A DNA stretch of 64,000 nucleotides from Amphiscolops sp. MND2022. Lineage: Eukaryota. Each line of letters begins with the position of its first letter. Positions within the stretch are counted from its first letter, which is position 1. Position numbers and translations under genes: made by a program. The stretch is from contig OZ076409.1 of assembly GCA_964187785.1 (NCBI GenBank), positions 94,614,001-94,678,000 on the forward strand. Reading direction: 5' to 3'. The notes beneath the pieces were generated by a model. The model was not told the origin of the DNA. It made no database searches and saw only the letters and a list, made by a program, of their open reading frames with translations. Shown here in pieces: positions 50,344 through 63,200 of the stretch.

Positions 50344-50933
50344 GTGAAACGTGCGAGTTGCCGCGTGAAATCAGAGAGTTGTCGCGCGGAAAAAAAAAGC
50401 ACCCGCACTTTCCCATAACACTTGCTTATCGCAAGTGTAATAAGCCCACAGCGTATTTGGGTGAAATACGCGAGGGAAGCCTTTCGTTCTCAGATAACAC
50501 TTTTTTATAACTGGAAACATGAAAAAAAAAACAAATTAATGGAATTTTTAAAATAAAAGTCTTGCAGTGCCGATAAACCTGAAGTGGAGATCCTTTAAGC
50601 TCTTGAACCGTATCGCCCTAACTCACAAGGTCGAAAAAATTTAAAGTGTGACCTTTTTGCCTCCTTGAGTTCCTTGAGTAACCTTCATGTTTTAGGCATA
50701 AAATCTGTAAAAAGTTAATCATTCAGTGCGCGGTCTGTGGTCAGGCGAAAAAAGGTTTCTTCTATAAGAGTTGAGCATGTTTTGTTACACGAAAATAATC
50801 CACGAAGTAAATCACAATCTGAAGGTTCTGGTGTCTCTGTTAACTGGAAATGTTAATTTCCTCCTTTTTTTCCAAATTCTGCCAAATCTTCACTTTATTA
50901 CTGCATTTAGTAAACAGCCATCTGGATATTTAA

Positions 50934-51003
50934 TCACCATGGCCCAGTTGGTAGTGTGTCTACCTGGAAGACACGGGGTCATGGGTTCGAAGCCGTGCTG
51001 AAG
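50934..51003 (+). pseudogene. tRNA-derived SINE-like head
   Basis: TGGCCCAGTTGG A-box and GGTTCGAAGCC B-box; poor cloverleaf. Confidence 0.45.
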
Positions 51004-51871
51004 TGTTGAATATTCGTCGAAAATAATCTCGGCGCCTGGCGGGTGTCTTGTACAAAAAGAGTTCTTTTCTTCAACCATTTGAACCTCTCAAAGCGTATGA
51101 AACTTCTTCGTAGGTCCAAACAAAATCAGTGATTTCGCAAAGTAGTAGCAATAATGTTATGAGAAAATCAACGAACAACTCCGATCAAAAGATTTCGAGC
51201 CCTCAATTTTTCGCTTTTAAAAGTGGCGTTTGTCTCTTCTTTTATTCGATGTCTTGACATCTCAAAGCGTTGTCATCAGACCTTGAATGGTAACTTCCAT
51301 GGGTGGAACGGCTTGAACATGTAACGAAATTTTGGGTTATCGTGGTAATTTTCCTTGATTTTATGAAATTCTCAAGGAAACTTCCATGCATTAAAACTTC
51401 ACCGATTCAATTTAGTTTCAGCAAGCTGTCTATAAGATGCATCCTAAATATGGCGGCAATTCCGAGCGAAGAAGTTTGGCAGGTTTCGCCAGAAAGCTAT
51501 TTTAATTTTGAAAGGAGCTGAGTCATCATCAATTGATATCGATTTCAATGCAGGTAAACTCCAATCACATTATAAGCTCCAAAGTAGCGTCATGTTCATC
51601 ATGCTATCTGACTAACGGTGATTATTAAACTAACCAATAAATTTGACTAACTGAGTTAATAAACTTAAGCGTTTGAAACAAAGGGATCGCGACGGTGAAG
51701 TGGAAATGGTTTCAGTTTTATTTGAAAGAGAGGAAGCTGGATTGCAATCCTACAAAATTTTCCATGGTTTTTTTCAAACAATTAGTCTTGCATGCATGAA
51801 AGCATTATGGAAAACTTCCTGCAAGTTCAACTTTTAGTTTTTTACGTAAAATTTTTCTAGTGTGAATAACT

Positions 51872-52427
51872 AACAAGCCGGGAACGGCCAAAGTCGGCGC
51901 AATATCTAAGGCTCAAAAGGCGTAACATTTTTAAAATTGTAAATGAGGAGACCCTTCGGGCTTTTTAAACTTCAGTTTGTGGCAAAATATAGCAGAAATG
52001 ATAGGGGACATTTTGGAGTCATTGAAAAAAAATTGTAAAAAAAGGAAATTGAGAATTTTGAACAGTGTCACAGTGCCGAAAAAAGGGACCCTTTGGGGGT
52101 TTTTTTAACATCCATTTCGTTGCAAAAATGAAAGGGATCCCTTGGTGCAATTCCAAAGTTTTCGAAAACAGTCTCATAGTGCCGAAAAAAATCCAAGTGA
52201 AAAACAACCAGATAGCCAAAGGATCTTTAGTCTGTTTTCGAGGTTCTGGATGTCGGTTTTTTTTGTTTGGGATGAGGTTCTGACGTTTCGAGTATGTTTT
52301 GAACGTCCGTACTTCAAGTTGTTGTTGTTGTTGTTGAACAAATAAACAAAAAGGAGGACCTTACGTGTCTGAAAAAACTACCCACTGTAATAGTCGGACA
52401 CTTTTCTTCAAAAGCGCAGACTAAAAA
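51872..52427 (+). mobile_element. HINE-like family copy, tail-to-tail with a reverse copy whose 3' end begins at about 52482
   Basis: AACAAGCCGGGAACGGCCAAAGTCGGCGC 5' end; 3' hairpins at about 52390-52425 and, inverted, at 52484-52520. Confidence 0.65.
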
Positions 52428-53118
52428 TATCAGTGTTGAATTGAAGCCTTGGGAATGTAGAATTATTTTGGCACTCCTCCGTTTATAGTCGGCGCTTTTC
52501 TTGAAAAAGCCCGACTATTACAGTCACTGGTTTTTTTGAGACAGACTCGAAGCGACGAACGTGAACATTCAACTAAAGGAATCTTAACGAATACCCGGGA
52601 AACGCATCTAAGTTGTTCCAAAGGGCCTTGGAATTTGGTTTTTTACTTTTTTAAACGTAGCTTACAAAACCGGATGAGTGTAAAGGGTCCCTTTTGGTTT
52701 TTGATAGGCACTGCGATTTTTTATCGAAATTTTTTCGACGACTAAATTTTTTCTGCGATTATCGACGGTAAAACCGAATGACAACTACTGGATAAGTACC
52801 AAATGTTCCATGAGTGAAATAAATATACAGATTGCAAACAAGGCAATCTGGGATATTACCCAATGGCCATTGACAAAATAGGAAGATCCATTTTGGAAGA
52901 CAATGTAATTTTTGGTTACTTTTCAGCAACAGAATTATGCTTTTAGTGAGACCACGACAAGCCTAATTGTTGATTTTGAAAATAGGCCCCTGTGGGGCAC
53001 AGTATTATTTCTGCTTCCATGTTCAATAATAGAAGCATATCCTAATCATTTATATAGCGCACAAATAATCACTCTACCAGTTTACACCGGCTTTAATTCT
53101 TCTCGGACTAAAGAAAAT

Positions 53119-53603
53119 GGGAAATGGACGATTGAGTCCCAAATGCAAAAAGCGACAATTGAGTCCCAAAACAAATTGAGTCCCAAAATAAATTAAATTT
53201 AGGGGTCGACAATTGAGTCCCGCGACAATTGAGTCCCAAATAATTCAGAAATGAAATATTATTATAACGTGGTCAGATATGTTCACATACCCCTAGTGCC
53301 CTAAATGCAGGAGCGAAGCGACGTGCCATATGGCCATGCCTCAATGTTGCTACTTGGCGAAGGGAGCGAAGCGACCGAGCCATACAACAAATATGCAACC
53401 TTTTCAATTGTCGCTATTTACATGAGGGACTCAACTGTCGGCATTTGGTAAGTTCGTCAAAGTAATTTGTTTGGGACTCAATTGTCGCGGGACTCAATTG
53501 TCGCGGGACTCAATTGTCGCGGGACTCAATTGACGCTTTTTGCATTTAGGACTCAATTTGTATTGGGAGTCAATTTGTTTTGGGACTCAATCGTTGCCTC
53601 ACC
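53119..53603. mobile_element. Mutator-like (MULE) MITE with 9-bp TSD AAAGAAAAT and inverted GCGACAATTGAGTCCC subrepeats
   Basis: TSD at 53110-53118 and 53604-53612; G-starting inverted termini sharing ACGATTGAGTCCCAAA. Confidence 0.85.
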
Positions 53604-53831
53604 AAAGAAAATATAACTACTAAGCGTTCCATCGCACGAGAATTCAAATGTCGTCGGCAGCTTGAGAAATTTAAAATCTCACGCTTATACTCACTGTCAA
53701 AAAAATATCTGAATTTGTCAGTATCACGACAAGAATTGTACTGAAAAAAAGTTCAATTCTTGAGATTTCAATAATATTCCTGCTATCGCAGATACAAAAA
53801 TTAAGGAAGTGGCGGTTAAATCTTTTCTTAC

Positions 53832-53982
53832 CTGTGCAAGTTTTCCAGGGTCCAAATTCCCGCTGCTGTCTTTCGCTCCAAGAACTCCGATGTCCAGTAA
53901 TTTGAAGAACAACATTTATCACTTCCAACGCACATGCAACGAATCCCAAAGTGCGGCGATCAAACGTTGTAGACTTAAGCAT
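53832..53982 (-). CDS. Exon 1 of the claudin/PMP22-like gene
   Basis: ACCACCATG start; MLKSTTFDRRTLGFVACALEVINVVLQITG (TM1), then SW...GPWKTC signature; phase-1 donor G|GTAAGA compatible with the exon at 35225. Confidence 0.7.
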
Positions 53983-56900
53983 GGTGGTAACTGTTATTAT
54001 TTTTTTTGATAAAAACCAATTACAAACTTCTTGTGATAAGTACAACTTATAAGTATATAACTTTAGCCTCAAGAGGACAATCTCATTCCACAAAGTTGAC
54101 TTTTATGCTTGCAACGTTACGCAGAAATTAATAATACCATATGGTTCTACTGTGGTTCCACGGTTCACGAGTTAAAAACTTGATAGTTTGGAAGCAAGTA
54201 TGGTGACAGTGGTTAACCGTATCAGAGTATACCAAAAGAATTGGAAAGTTATCCTACAAATTCACCAATAAACACCATCCTGTGGTATTTACTCCAGCCG
54301 AGAAAAACTGTGTGGCTCAGTTGGAAGATTGTAGAGCTAAATATGGAGCAAACTACGAAGCTGTGAATTGAATGTTTGTTTGATAGAAAAGTTGAATGTT
54401 TCATGCAAAAAATGCATGTTTCAGTGAAAAAGTGTATTGTGTTTTGAAAAAGGCTTGGTGCCAAGAAGAGGAGTTGAAGTGGTTTGAAACTAAGCGATTG
54501 TTGCTGAAAAAATGTTACCATGAACAAATAACAAAAATGGAGTGTTTTCAAACATTGTTTGGTGTGTTCAACAACTGTTTGCAATTGCGTGTGAATACTT
54601 TCTGAATGAATAAAATCGCTAGGATCCAAATAATAGTTTTTTTTTCAACAGAGAGTGATATTGATTTTTGAATCAAGAAATGAAGACTTGACTTTTGAAA
54701 CAGACTTTCCAAACAGAATCAAACAGACTCAACAATCATTTTTCAAACAAATTTTTTTGACCAACTTATCAAACAAGTTCCAGATATTGATGCCAGCTAA
54801 GCCAGATGACTATAAAATTGAAATCTGAGATTGATGCCTTAGCTTGTTAAAACAATCAGACTGTTAACCAAATACAAAAACCTAAATTGACGTATTTTTG
54901 AAGTCAATATTCATTTAATGCTCAAATATAAATTTGTCTCAGATTTGTGACAGCTCAATTTATTAACTCAAAGGATTTTAGAATGAATGATTTCCTTACT
55001 ATGCTCTAAATTTTACTGTCTTACATCCTTTTGCACTTGTTTCAGTCAAAACTATTAAAGCAAAACTTACTTCAGTTTATATATGGGAAAAGTAATAACT
55101 GAGCCGCGTTCTTTTGGAATATTCCAAACTTTCGATATTTGACATTATTGAAGCCTTTCTAAACAGATTTTGAATGTTTCGAAAGATTAGGAAATCCCGA
55201 AAACTATTCGTACGCTGTTACGATGTAGGATTTTTGACTTTTTCGCCTGAAACATGGTGTTTATTAAATTTTATGCCCTCAGCAAGGTAGATGATCCGGG
55301 TGTGATGTCTATAAAAGTCAAGATAACAGTAAGTACTTTAAGTACCTCGCCTTACTGTTTAATAAAATACTATTGTATTCCGTCCCGTTGACAACCAAAA
55401 TAACTATTCTTAGCAACAATGAAGCGACCGCGCAACGTATTAATGCAGTAATACGGCCGCCACCACTCAGAACTATGTATGAAAATTCTAATCGAAAAGA
55501 AACTTTGACATCGAATTTCTCGGCAACTATTGCTAATACAAGAAAAATTAAACCACCGAAATGTTCCTGTTTGACCTGACTTACGTGTTGAGTAAACATT
55601 TATTTAAGAACTTTAAACCAACGTATTCCCACAAAAATTGAACCCAAAGTCATCGTTGACTGTGAATAGAGATTTAGTCAAATTACTATGTTAATACATG
55701 TGTTTGAGGGTAAGCGAGAGTGAAAACTCCGCCGTGTGCGTGAACAGCATAGAATGCAACTCAGCTAAGCGTGTCAGAAAGCGAAAGGAATGAAATAAAG
55801 AACGCGCTGTGAGTGACTGTACACATAGCTAATAAGAAAACGGCCGCCGCACACTTTGGAATTATCCCTCTCTTAATGCAAATTAAAAATCAAAACGCGA
55901 TTTCTCGAAGATGGAAGAAGATATCAAAAAACGGTTTTCAGCATTCGGCAGCCCGTCTAAAGGAGAGCTTAAGTTGAGATAATGAGCCCCGTGCGATGAC
56001 GAGAACATAATGGGGGGAAGCTTTGAAAATAAGTGCGTATAAAATTTTGACGATTTTCCAAAAATGAGTTTCCTTTAAAATTTTCGTGTGCTCGCTACAA
56101 TTGTCAAAAAAGGTTCGGATATGGCTTAAATTAAAGATAAATGAATATCCTAACTTGTGCTAAATGAAAAATAAATAATATTTGGTAGTTTTTGAGAACC
56201 GAGCCAGCAAACGTTAAAAACAGCCCTAAAATGGCCAAAACAGCTGTTTTTCGCATGTTATCGCTTAGTACTCAACGTGTAAGCGCACAATAGCCGCCCC
56301 CCTCACAGCGTACTTGCGAATCGAAGTGGACGATTGAATAGAATAATAACTAGAGTGCTGCGGCGCACTAGCGAAGAACTCCCAAGAATTTAAAGTTGTG
56401 ACTTCTTTCTGCCAATAAGGATGTCGACCTACCAAAATGCTAACCCCCCCGCACGTTTTGGGCGATATCGAGCTGAAACTTTCAGGGTAGACGCACAAGA
56501 CCCAGGCGCACAACGTTTAAGGGAAGCGTTTTTCCGAAAAACGACTTGGTTTTGAGATATTGGCCTCCAAAGTTGAAGGTCCAGACATAAAAATTGGGAA
56601 AATGACTACTTTCAGAAAAAGTGTTACCCAATTTTGTCGAGAAAAGATAGAGACCTCATCTAAAGTGCAAAATAATTCTAACGGCTAGGGCTAACGATGT
56701 ATTACAGCCCCCACGCTGTACCTTTCAAATTGAATGAGTACGAGCCTTCCAAAATTGAGAGTTTTGCAAATGTCAATACGTGATTTTTGACTACCTTATT
56801 TCAAAGGCGTTTTTCACCGTGAAGGATTTGAAATACAAAGATAATGATACAAAACGTTTTTGTAGCCGCCCTTTGAATGCCCTTTCAGATGGTGTACTTA

Positions 56901-57450
56901 GTTTTAGCCCCGGTGATCGGAACACCTAGTTTTTGCCCTTAGAATGTGTAACACGAAAATCGACTTTTCAGGACATAAAATAACCTCGAAAAAGTATTTT
57001 AGGTCATTGTAATTTGTGGAAAATTATTTCCTTTAGCCAGATTTAGCTAGAGAGTTGTCAGGAACCGTGTGAGAAGAAGAGAACTGGCAAAAGGTGCAAA
57101 AGTCATTCAGTAAGCCGAAGTTCAAGTCGAGTCAGTAACACCGCCCCTTAAATTCTATTGAAAACAAAGTTAAACCACCAGTCATGATTGACCAGGAGGT
57201 GGAACTAGGACCGACTCGTGATGAGAAAATGTACTTTTGATGAATCTGCAGTTCCGAAGTAGGGAAAAATGATTTGCTCAACACTTAGTCAGGCCCCCGA
57301 AAAGGAAAGATGACAAATTACGAAAACGTAAATGACTAACTGCCGAAAAAGTAACTTTGGCCGAAGTGTGCGCCATTTTTAACCACACAAAGTGAGTTGA
57401 AATCTAAAAACGGTTTGCTGCTTTGCGTCCGATATTTGAATTATCGTACA

Positions 57451-57810
57451 CAGGCTGAGTGGCCTACGAATACACCGACAGACTGAGTGGCCTACGAATA
57501 CACCGGTAGTTAGAAAACCCTACAGGCTGAGTGGCCTACGAATACACCGACAGTCTGAGTGGCCTACGAATACACCGGTAGTTAGAAAACCCTACAGGCT
57601 GAGTGGCCTACGAATACACCGGTAGTTAGAAAACCCTACAGGCTGAGTAGCCTACGAATACACCGACAGGCTGAGTGGCCTACGAATACACCGGTAGTTA
57701 GATAACCCTACAGGCTGAGTGGCCTACGAATACACCGACAGGCTGAGTGGCCTACGAATACACCGACAGGCTGAGTGGCCTACGAATACACCGGTAGTTA
57801 GCTAACCCTA
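57451..57810 (+). repeat. Composite minisatellite in the LTR (28- and 44-bp units)
   Basis: 10 units of CAGGCTGAGTGGCCTACGAATACACCG followed by either A or GTAGTTAGAAAACCCTA; order S-L-S-L-L-S-L-S-S-L. Confidence 0.93.
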
Positions 57811-60269
57811 CAGACGAATATATCGAACTTTTGCTTTCCCTCCAAGACCGATAGAGCAGATTTGCGGCGAGTGTTATTTGTTCCCGATATCATCTAAGAT
57901 ATCACACCTCATCTTCAAGGATACCTACTACCCCGCTGAAACCTATAATTGTTACTTTCTAGTGCCCAATGCCTTCTCAAATTCTTTGTAGCTTTCTCCA
58001 AACTTATTGATGTTATAAGATTATTCATTCTATTATTCGTGGATGTGAACTTGAACTAGTGTCTATTAATCGTCTTATTTGTGTGTTGCATATTAATTGA
58101 CTTTTAACTGCTCTTTTCATTTGTGAAAAGACCTCCGGCGTTTTCAATAGCCTAAGAGTAGCGAGACAACCCCCAGAAAGAGGTTAAATCACAAAGATAG
58201 TCAAAGAACGTGATTTCTTAGTCACACTCACTCCCACCGTATTCAGCTGTATTGATTCGTCTTTGCATTTGAAGTTAAAACAAATTTATGTAGATACTCA
58301 GCCATTTCTTGTCTCGTGATTGGTAGCTACGGGTTTAATTGAGTGGTAGTGGAGCAATCTTACGTATTGTTAAAGCTACCGTAATTCCAAAAATCTTACA
58401 TTGGCGCTCCTGGGTGGGCAATCTTTGCGTCTTTGTTATTTACTCTTTCTTTTTATTACTTCTTTCCCTCTTCTTCCCTTCACCTTTCGCAGTTGCTGAA
58501 CCCTTCCCCTGATGTCTGCAGACGAGGAAACCGAGCAGCAGCAATCCCCCAACGCCGAAGAAGATCACCCCGGCACCCACTCTCCCGTCAAAGGTGGTAG
58601 TAAACCACCCACTTGTAAGTCTACTAGCTTTTCCTTCATATGATCGGCCGCCACGGCGAAGGAACGTAAACAAGAAATTACAGGCGGGTGAGAGAACTGG
58701 AAAAAGAAATAAAACGCATAAAACTGGAGGACGACTTAGATTCTGATGATTCTCTTTCAACGAAAATGAATCTAGGCGAAAACAAAAACCTCTGTACGAA
58801 AAATCACCGATTAAACCAGAAAAGTTCCCCAGTAAAGATTACAACCGTTGGGAAAATTGGGTAAAACATTTCATGGCAGTTGCGAAAGCCAATGGGTGGA
58901 ATGAAAGTCAGACAATTGCCGCAATGCCCACTTGTTTAATTTCATGGGCCATCGAAGGATTTGAAACTGTCCCCCGAAGGTATATTACAAAAGAACCTGG
59001 TTGCTATCACCCACGGTTTGACGAACTCCTTGAAACTGTAAAACCTAAAATGCAACATAACCGCAGCCAACGAGCTACACGGTCCGAGTTTAAAGCTGTT
59101 AAACAAGGGGAAAACGAAGACTTAAGAGAATATTCGAGACGAGTACGCTATCTCGCTGATATAGCTTTTCCTGAAAAACCGCTCCGGGAAAGGGAGCGGG
59201 ATATGCGAGATCAATTTATCGAAGGACTACTTGATTCGCGGATACAAACTAAATTGTGTAAAGACGAGAGCGACCGTGATTTTCGGGGAAACTCAAAATA
59301 ATCCACAAGACTCAAGAATCGAGGAAAGACCGGAAATTCGATAAATTCCGCTACTCCCAAAATGATCTCTGGTATTCCGATACAGTAAGAGCTGGCTATT
59401 GAAACAATAACCAAATTGAAGAAAAATTTGCAGCTATCGAAACCTCGTTAACCAACGTGGCAAGTCGTTTTGATCGTTTTGAAAATTCAATTTGTCAACA
59501 CATCTCCAAGCACACTGAACAAATCTCGAAACTGGCCAATTCAACAACCAACCAAATTGAAACACTTGTACAGAGTGTAAAAGACATGTCATCTGCGATT
59601 GTAGGAGCGTTGGGAAGCTCGCAACGGCCGGTTGGTGGGCAACCCCAGAACTGGCAATCTTTTTGTTCGCAACCCCCCGTAACACCTACCCCTTTTGTAC
59701 ATTCGACTAGGGTAGTACCGTCAGGACATGTAAACATTACGTACCCCCCTCGGAAAACGCAGAATGCTTCGGGTGTGGTCTAATAGGACATTTCGCGAAG
59801 GATTGTCCGGTGCGATCCAAACAATATCATTTAAACTACTATCAGTCGAGTATGCAGTAGCAGGTTCTACTCGTGTTTGGGATATTATCCGCTCTCCTAC
59901 TGCTACAAACGTTCCTAAAACGAATCCGCCTATACGCCCTAGGTCTAGGTGTAACGAAAGTTGTTTGCGACAGCAAAACTGAAGTAGGCGTAATGATCCG
60001 GAAGTTTGGCGACAAATGAGTGAAAAATTTGGCCCCGGGGGGTTCTGTCCGAAAGACCCAAATCCTTCCGTTGTAAATAACCCCCCCAACCAACGGTTTT
60101 TGAAGATAAACAATCCGAGCCCGGCTCGGTAAGTATTTGCACCAAACCTGGCGTAGACGTTCCGAAACAAAACCTGGCGGACGCAGAAGAACTGATACCG
60201 ATCGCCCATAGCAAGTTTGTTCCAGGCGCGACGCTTTTAGTTCCCTACGAAGTAGAAAATCTACGATGT

Positions 60270-63200
60270 TGGGCCGTAATAGACAACGGAGCGAGCAGAA
60301 GTTTATTGAGCTTAGAATTAGCGCAGGTGATTGGTAACCCGATAACCCCTCACAATAGTCTTCTGACCGGCCCCATAGCCAACGAAATGCCGACAAAAGG
60401 CATCATAAAAGCAGAAGTAAAAATCGGAACACTTGTAGCTCCGAATGAACTTGTGGTTGTAGAAGATCTACATCCAGAGATATTAGTCGGATTGAAATTC
60501 TTAATGGAAAACCAATGCACGGCCGATATGGTCGAAGGAAAACTAACCATTCCCAAAGACGACGGTTCAATCGTCAAAGTACCGATGCAAATCTTAGGAG
60601 GGCTCATCCTTCCTCCGGAAGATGACGCCTTCGTCTTCGAAACGGTACCAGGCCCAGACACAGTGTCAGCGGCTTCCGAAACTAACGAAAAACTCGAGCA
60701 GGATGTTGACGAAATTTTAAATTTAGCCACCCCTGGTCTCGAAAACTACAAAATAAAGGAAAAATTACGAGTGCTGATTCGTAATTTTAGAGACGTGTTT
60801 TCCCTGCCCGCGGACCCGTTGGGAACCGCGGTAGGAGTAGAACATCACAATGACATAGGCGACGCGAAGCCGTTTAAAATATCGCCCTATAAAATTGCCC
60901 CACATAAACTGGAAGCGTTTCGCGAAGAAATTCGAGAATTGCTTGAGAAAGGGGTGATTGTACCAAGTAAGAGCCCTTTCAGTAGTCCCATAGTTATGGT
61001 ACCTAAGAAAAACGGCTCCAACCGAATGTGTATCGACTACCGAAAGTTAAACGATCTAACGGTGAAGGATGCGTATCCGTTACCGCGCATTGGCCAAACG
61101 ATTGATGCACTGCAGTGAGCGGGAGTTTTCTCGTCCCTCGATCTAGCAAGTGGTTACTGGCAGATTCCAGTCGCGGTCGAAGATCGACACAAAACCGCAT
61201 TCTGTACCCCATGCGGAGGGTTATATGAATGTCTAAAAATGCCGTTCGGTTTGACGAACGCCCCGCTTACTTTCCAAAGGAATATGAACAACATATTCCA
61301 AGACGACCTCTATAAACACGTGCTGACATTCCTAGATGATGTACTAACGTTTAGTAAAACTCCGGAGGACCATTTGGAGCATTTGGAAAAAGTGTTTAGA
61401 GTATTGCGCAAGTCTGGCTTGAGGCTTAAACCAAAGAAATGTAATTTATTCCGCACTGAAGTCCACTATCTGGGCTATGTGATAAATAAGGAAGGAAGCC
61501 AACCCGACCCAAAGAAGTTGGCGGCAATTCGCGAATGGGAACGATCGACTGACGTCAACGGAGTCCGCTCATTCGTTGCGTTCTGCAAATATTACCGGAA
61601 ATTCGTCCAAAACTTCGCAGAAGTGGCTCGTCCACTTTATTTATTAACTAGCAAAGGCCGCAAGTTCACCTGGACCGAAGAGCATGACCAAGCGTTCCGA
61701 ACGCTGAAGAAAAAGTTGTTGCAGGCTCCGATCCTAGCCTTCCCAAATTTTGAACTCCCGTTCATTATTGATACGGGCGCTAGTGAGACTGCGCTCGGCG
61801 CAGTACTGTCTCAAGTGATCGACGGAACGGAGTATACGATTGCCTTTGAATCTCGAGTTTTATCCAAAACCAAAGTAAATTATGCCACGACCAAACGAGA
61901 AGCACTTGGAGTAATCCAAGCGGTTCAATGGTTCCGACCGTACATATACGGATCAAAATGCATTATCCGAACGGACCACTCAAGCCTGCAGTGGTTGTTT
62001 AGGCAAAACGCAGATGGAATGACCTTCCGGATGGTTCAAAAATTGCAGGAGTACAACTACCAAATCGTACATCGATCCGGCGACAAGCATTGTAATGCGG
62101 ATGGTCTCAGCAGGAGACCAAACGACGTACCACAAGGGCTCCCAGGCGAAGAAGAAGCACTAAGAGATCCGATCCCGGAATTTACTGAATTTGACAGTGC
62201 CCTGTTCGAAGCCGAACGTGACCTACAGGCCGCCAGCACTAAAGCTCGAGAGACGAACGAATTGTCGAAGGATGTAGCCCGGCATTTCAAAATGCAACTC
62301 GCCCACCCTCCAAGAGAAGTAGTCCGCTATCGCGAAGGAGATTTCCTCGAATCGCCAGATTCTTTGGTCTTGTGCATTGCCGCAGATATGAGAGTGTCTA
62401 CCGCTCCCATGAAGTCTTTCATTAGGTCGTATTCTCATCTATCGCCCCTCGGAGAATCGGTGAATCGAGTGGGAGGATTTCTGGTATATAAGGACGAAAA
62501 CCATGGGCGTTACGTGTATCTATTGATTACGAAACCTTCGATAGAAGAGGTAGGAAAGTATGACACTTTGAAAGTCTGTCTACTGAAAAAGAAAGAACAT
62601 GCTACTTCGCACGGAGTCTCTAAACTTGCGATGCCTCGAATAGGCTGTGTTGATGATGAATTGGAATGGGCAAACGTAGCGATTTGTCTAGAGGTCGTTT
62701 TCCAAGATTCGTATTTTACGATTTCGGTGTATACACCTCGAAATCAGTTACTCAAATACCCTCCCACTTCGTCTAGGCAAAGTACTTCCACCTCCGCAAG
62801 TAAAGATTTCGCCTGCTCCGTTGCTACTCCGGAAGAAATGTTAGCAGCAGAGGAAGTGGACGGGCATATTTCGTGGACTAGATCAGATAGTGATTTGGCT
62901 TATGGCCAACGAATGGATAGAGCCATGGGATTATTATTTCGGGAAATGGTACGGAATGGCATTCGAATAGACGGTTCTGTAGAAAACCTAGGACCTAACC
63001 CAATTCCTCGTGAAGTCGCGTTAACATGGAGTTGTCCAGAGGCCCTGGAGCTCTGGAGTAATTGGGAACATCTCGCCCTCGCGAATCGTGTCCTGTATAG
63101 AAAGTGGGACCCCGGTAATCGTGGTCGAGAGATTTGGCAAGCAGTAGTACCGGCGAACATGCGAATCGAATTATTGTATCAGTTGCATGACTCCCCTCTG

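Noticed and set aside
55620..56940. DNA-transposon-like remnant
   Set aside because: Sequence style is suggestive, but no termini, TSD or coding motif could be confirmed
57451..57810. CRISPR-like array
   Set aside because: The intervening sequences are 1 bp or a repeated 17-mer, not unique spacers; it lies in a eukaryotic LTR with no cas genes
61116..61118. Programmed TGA readthrough or selenocysteine in pol
   Set aside because: Falls inside RT at a usually Gly codon (GGA to TGA), and the element has other inactivating lesions
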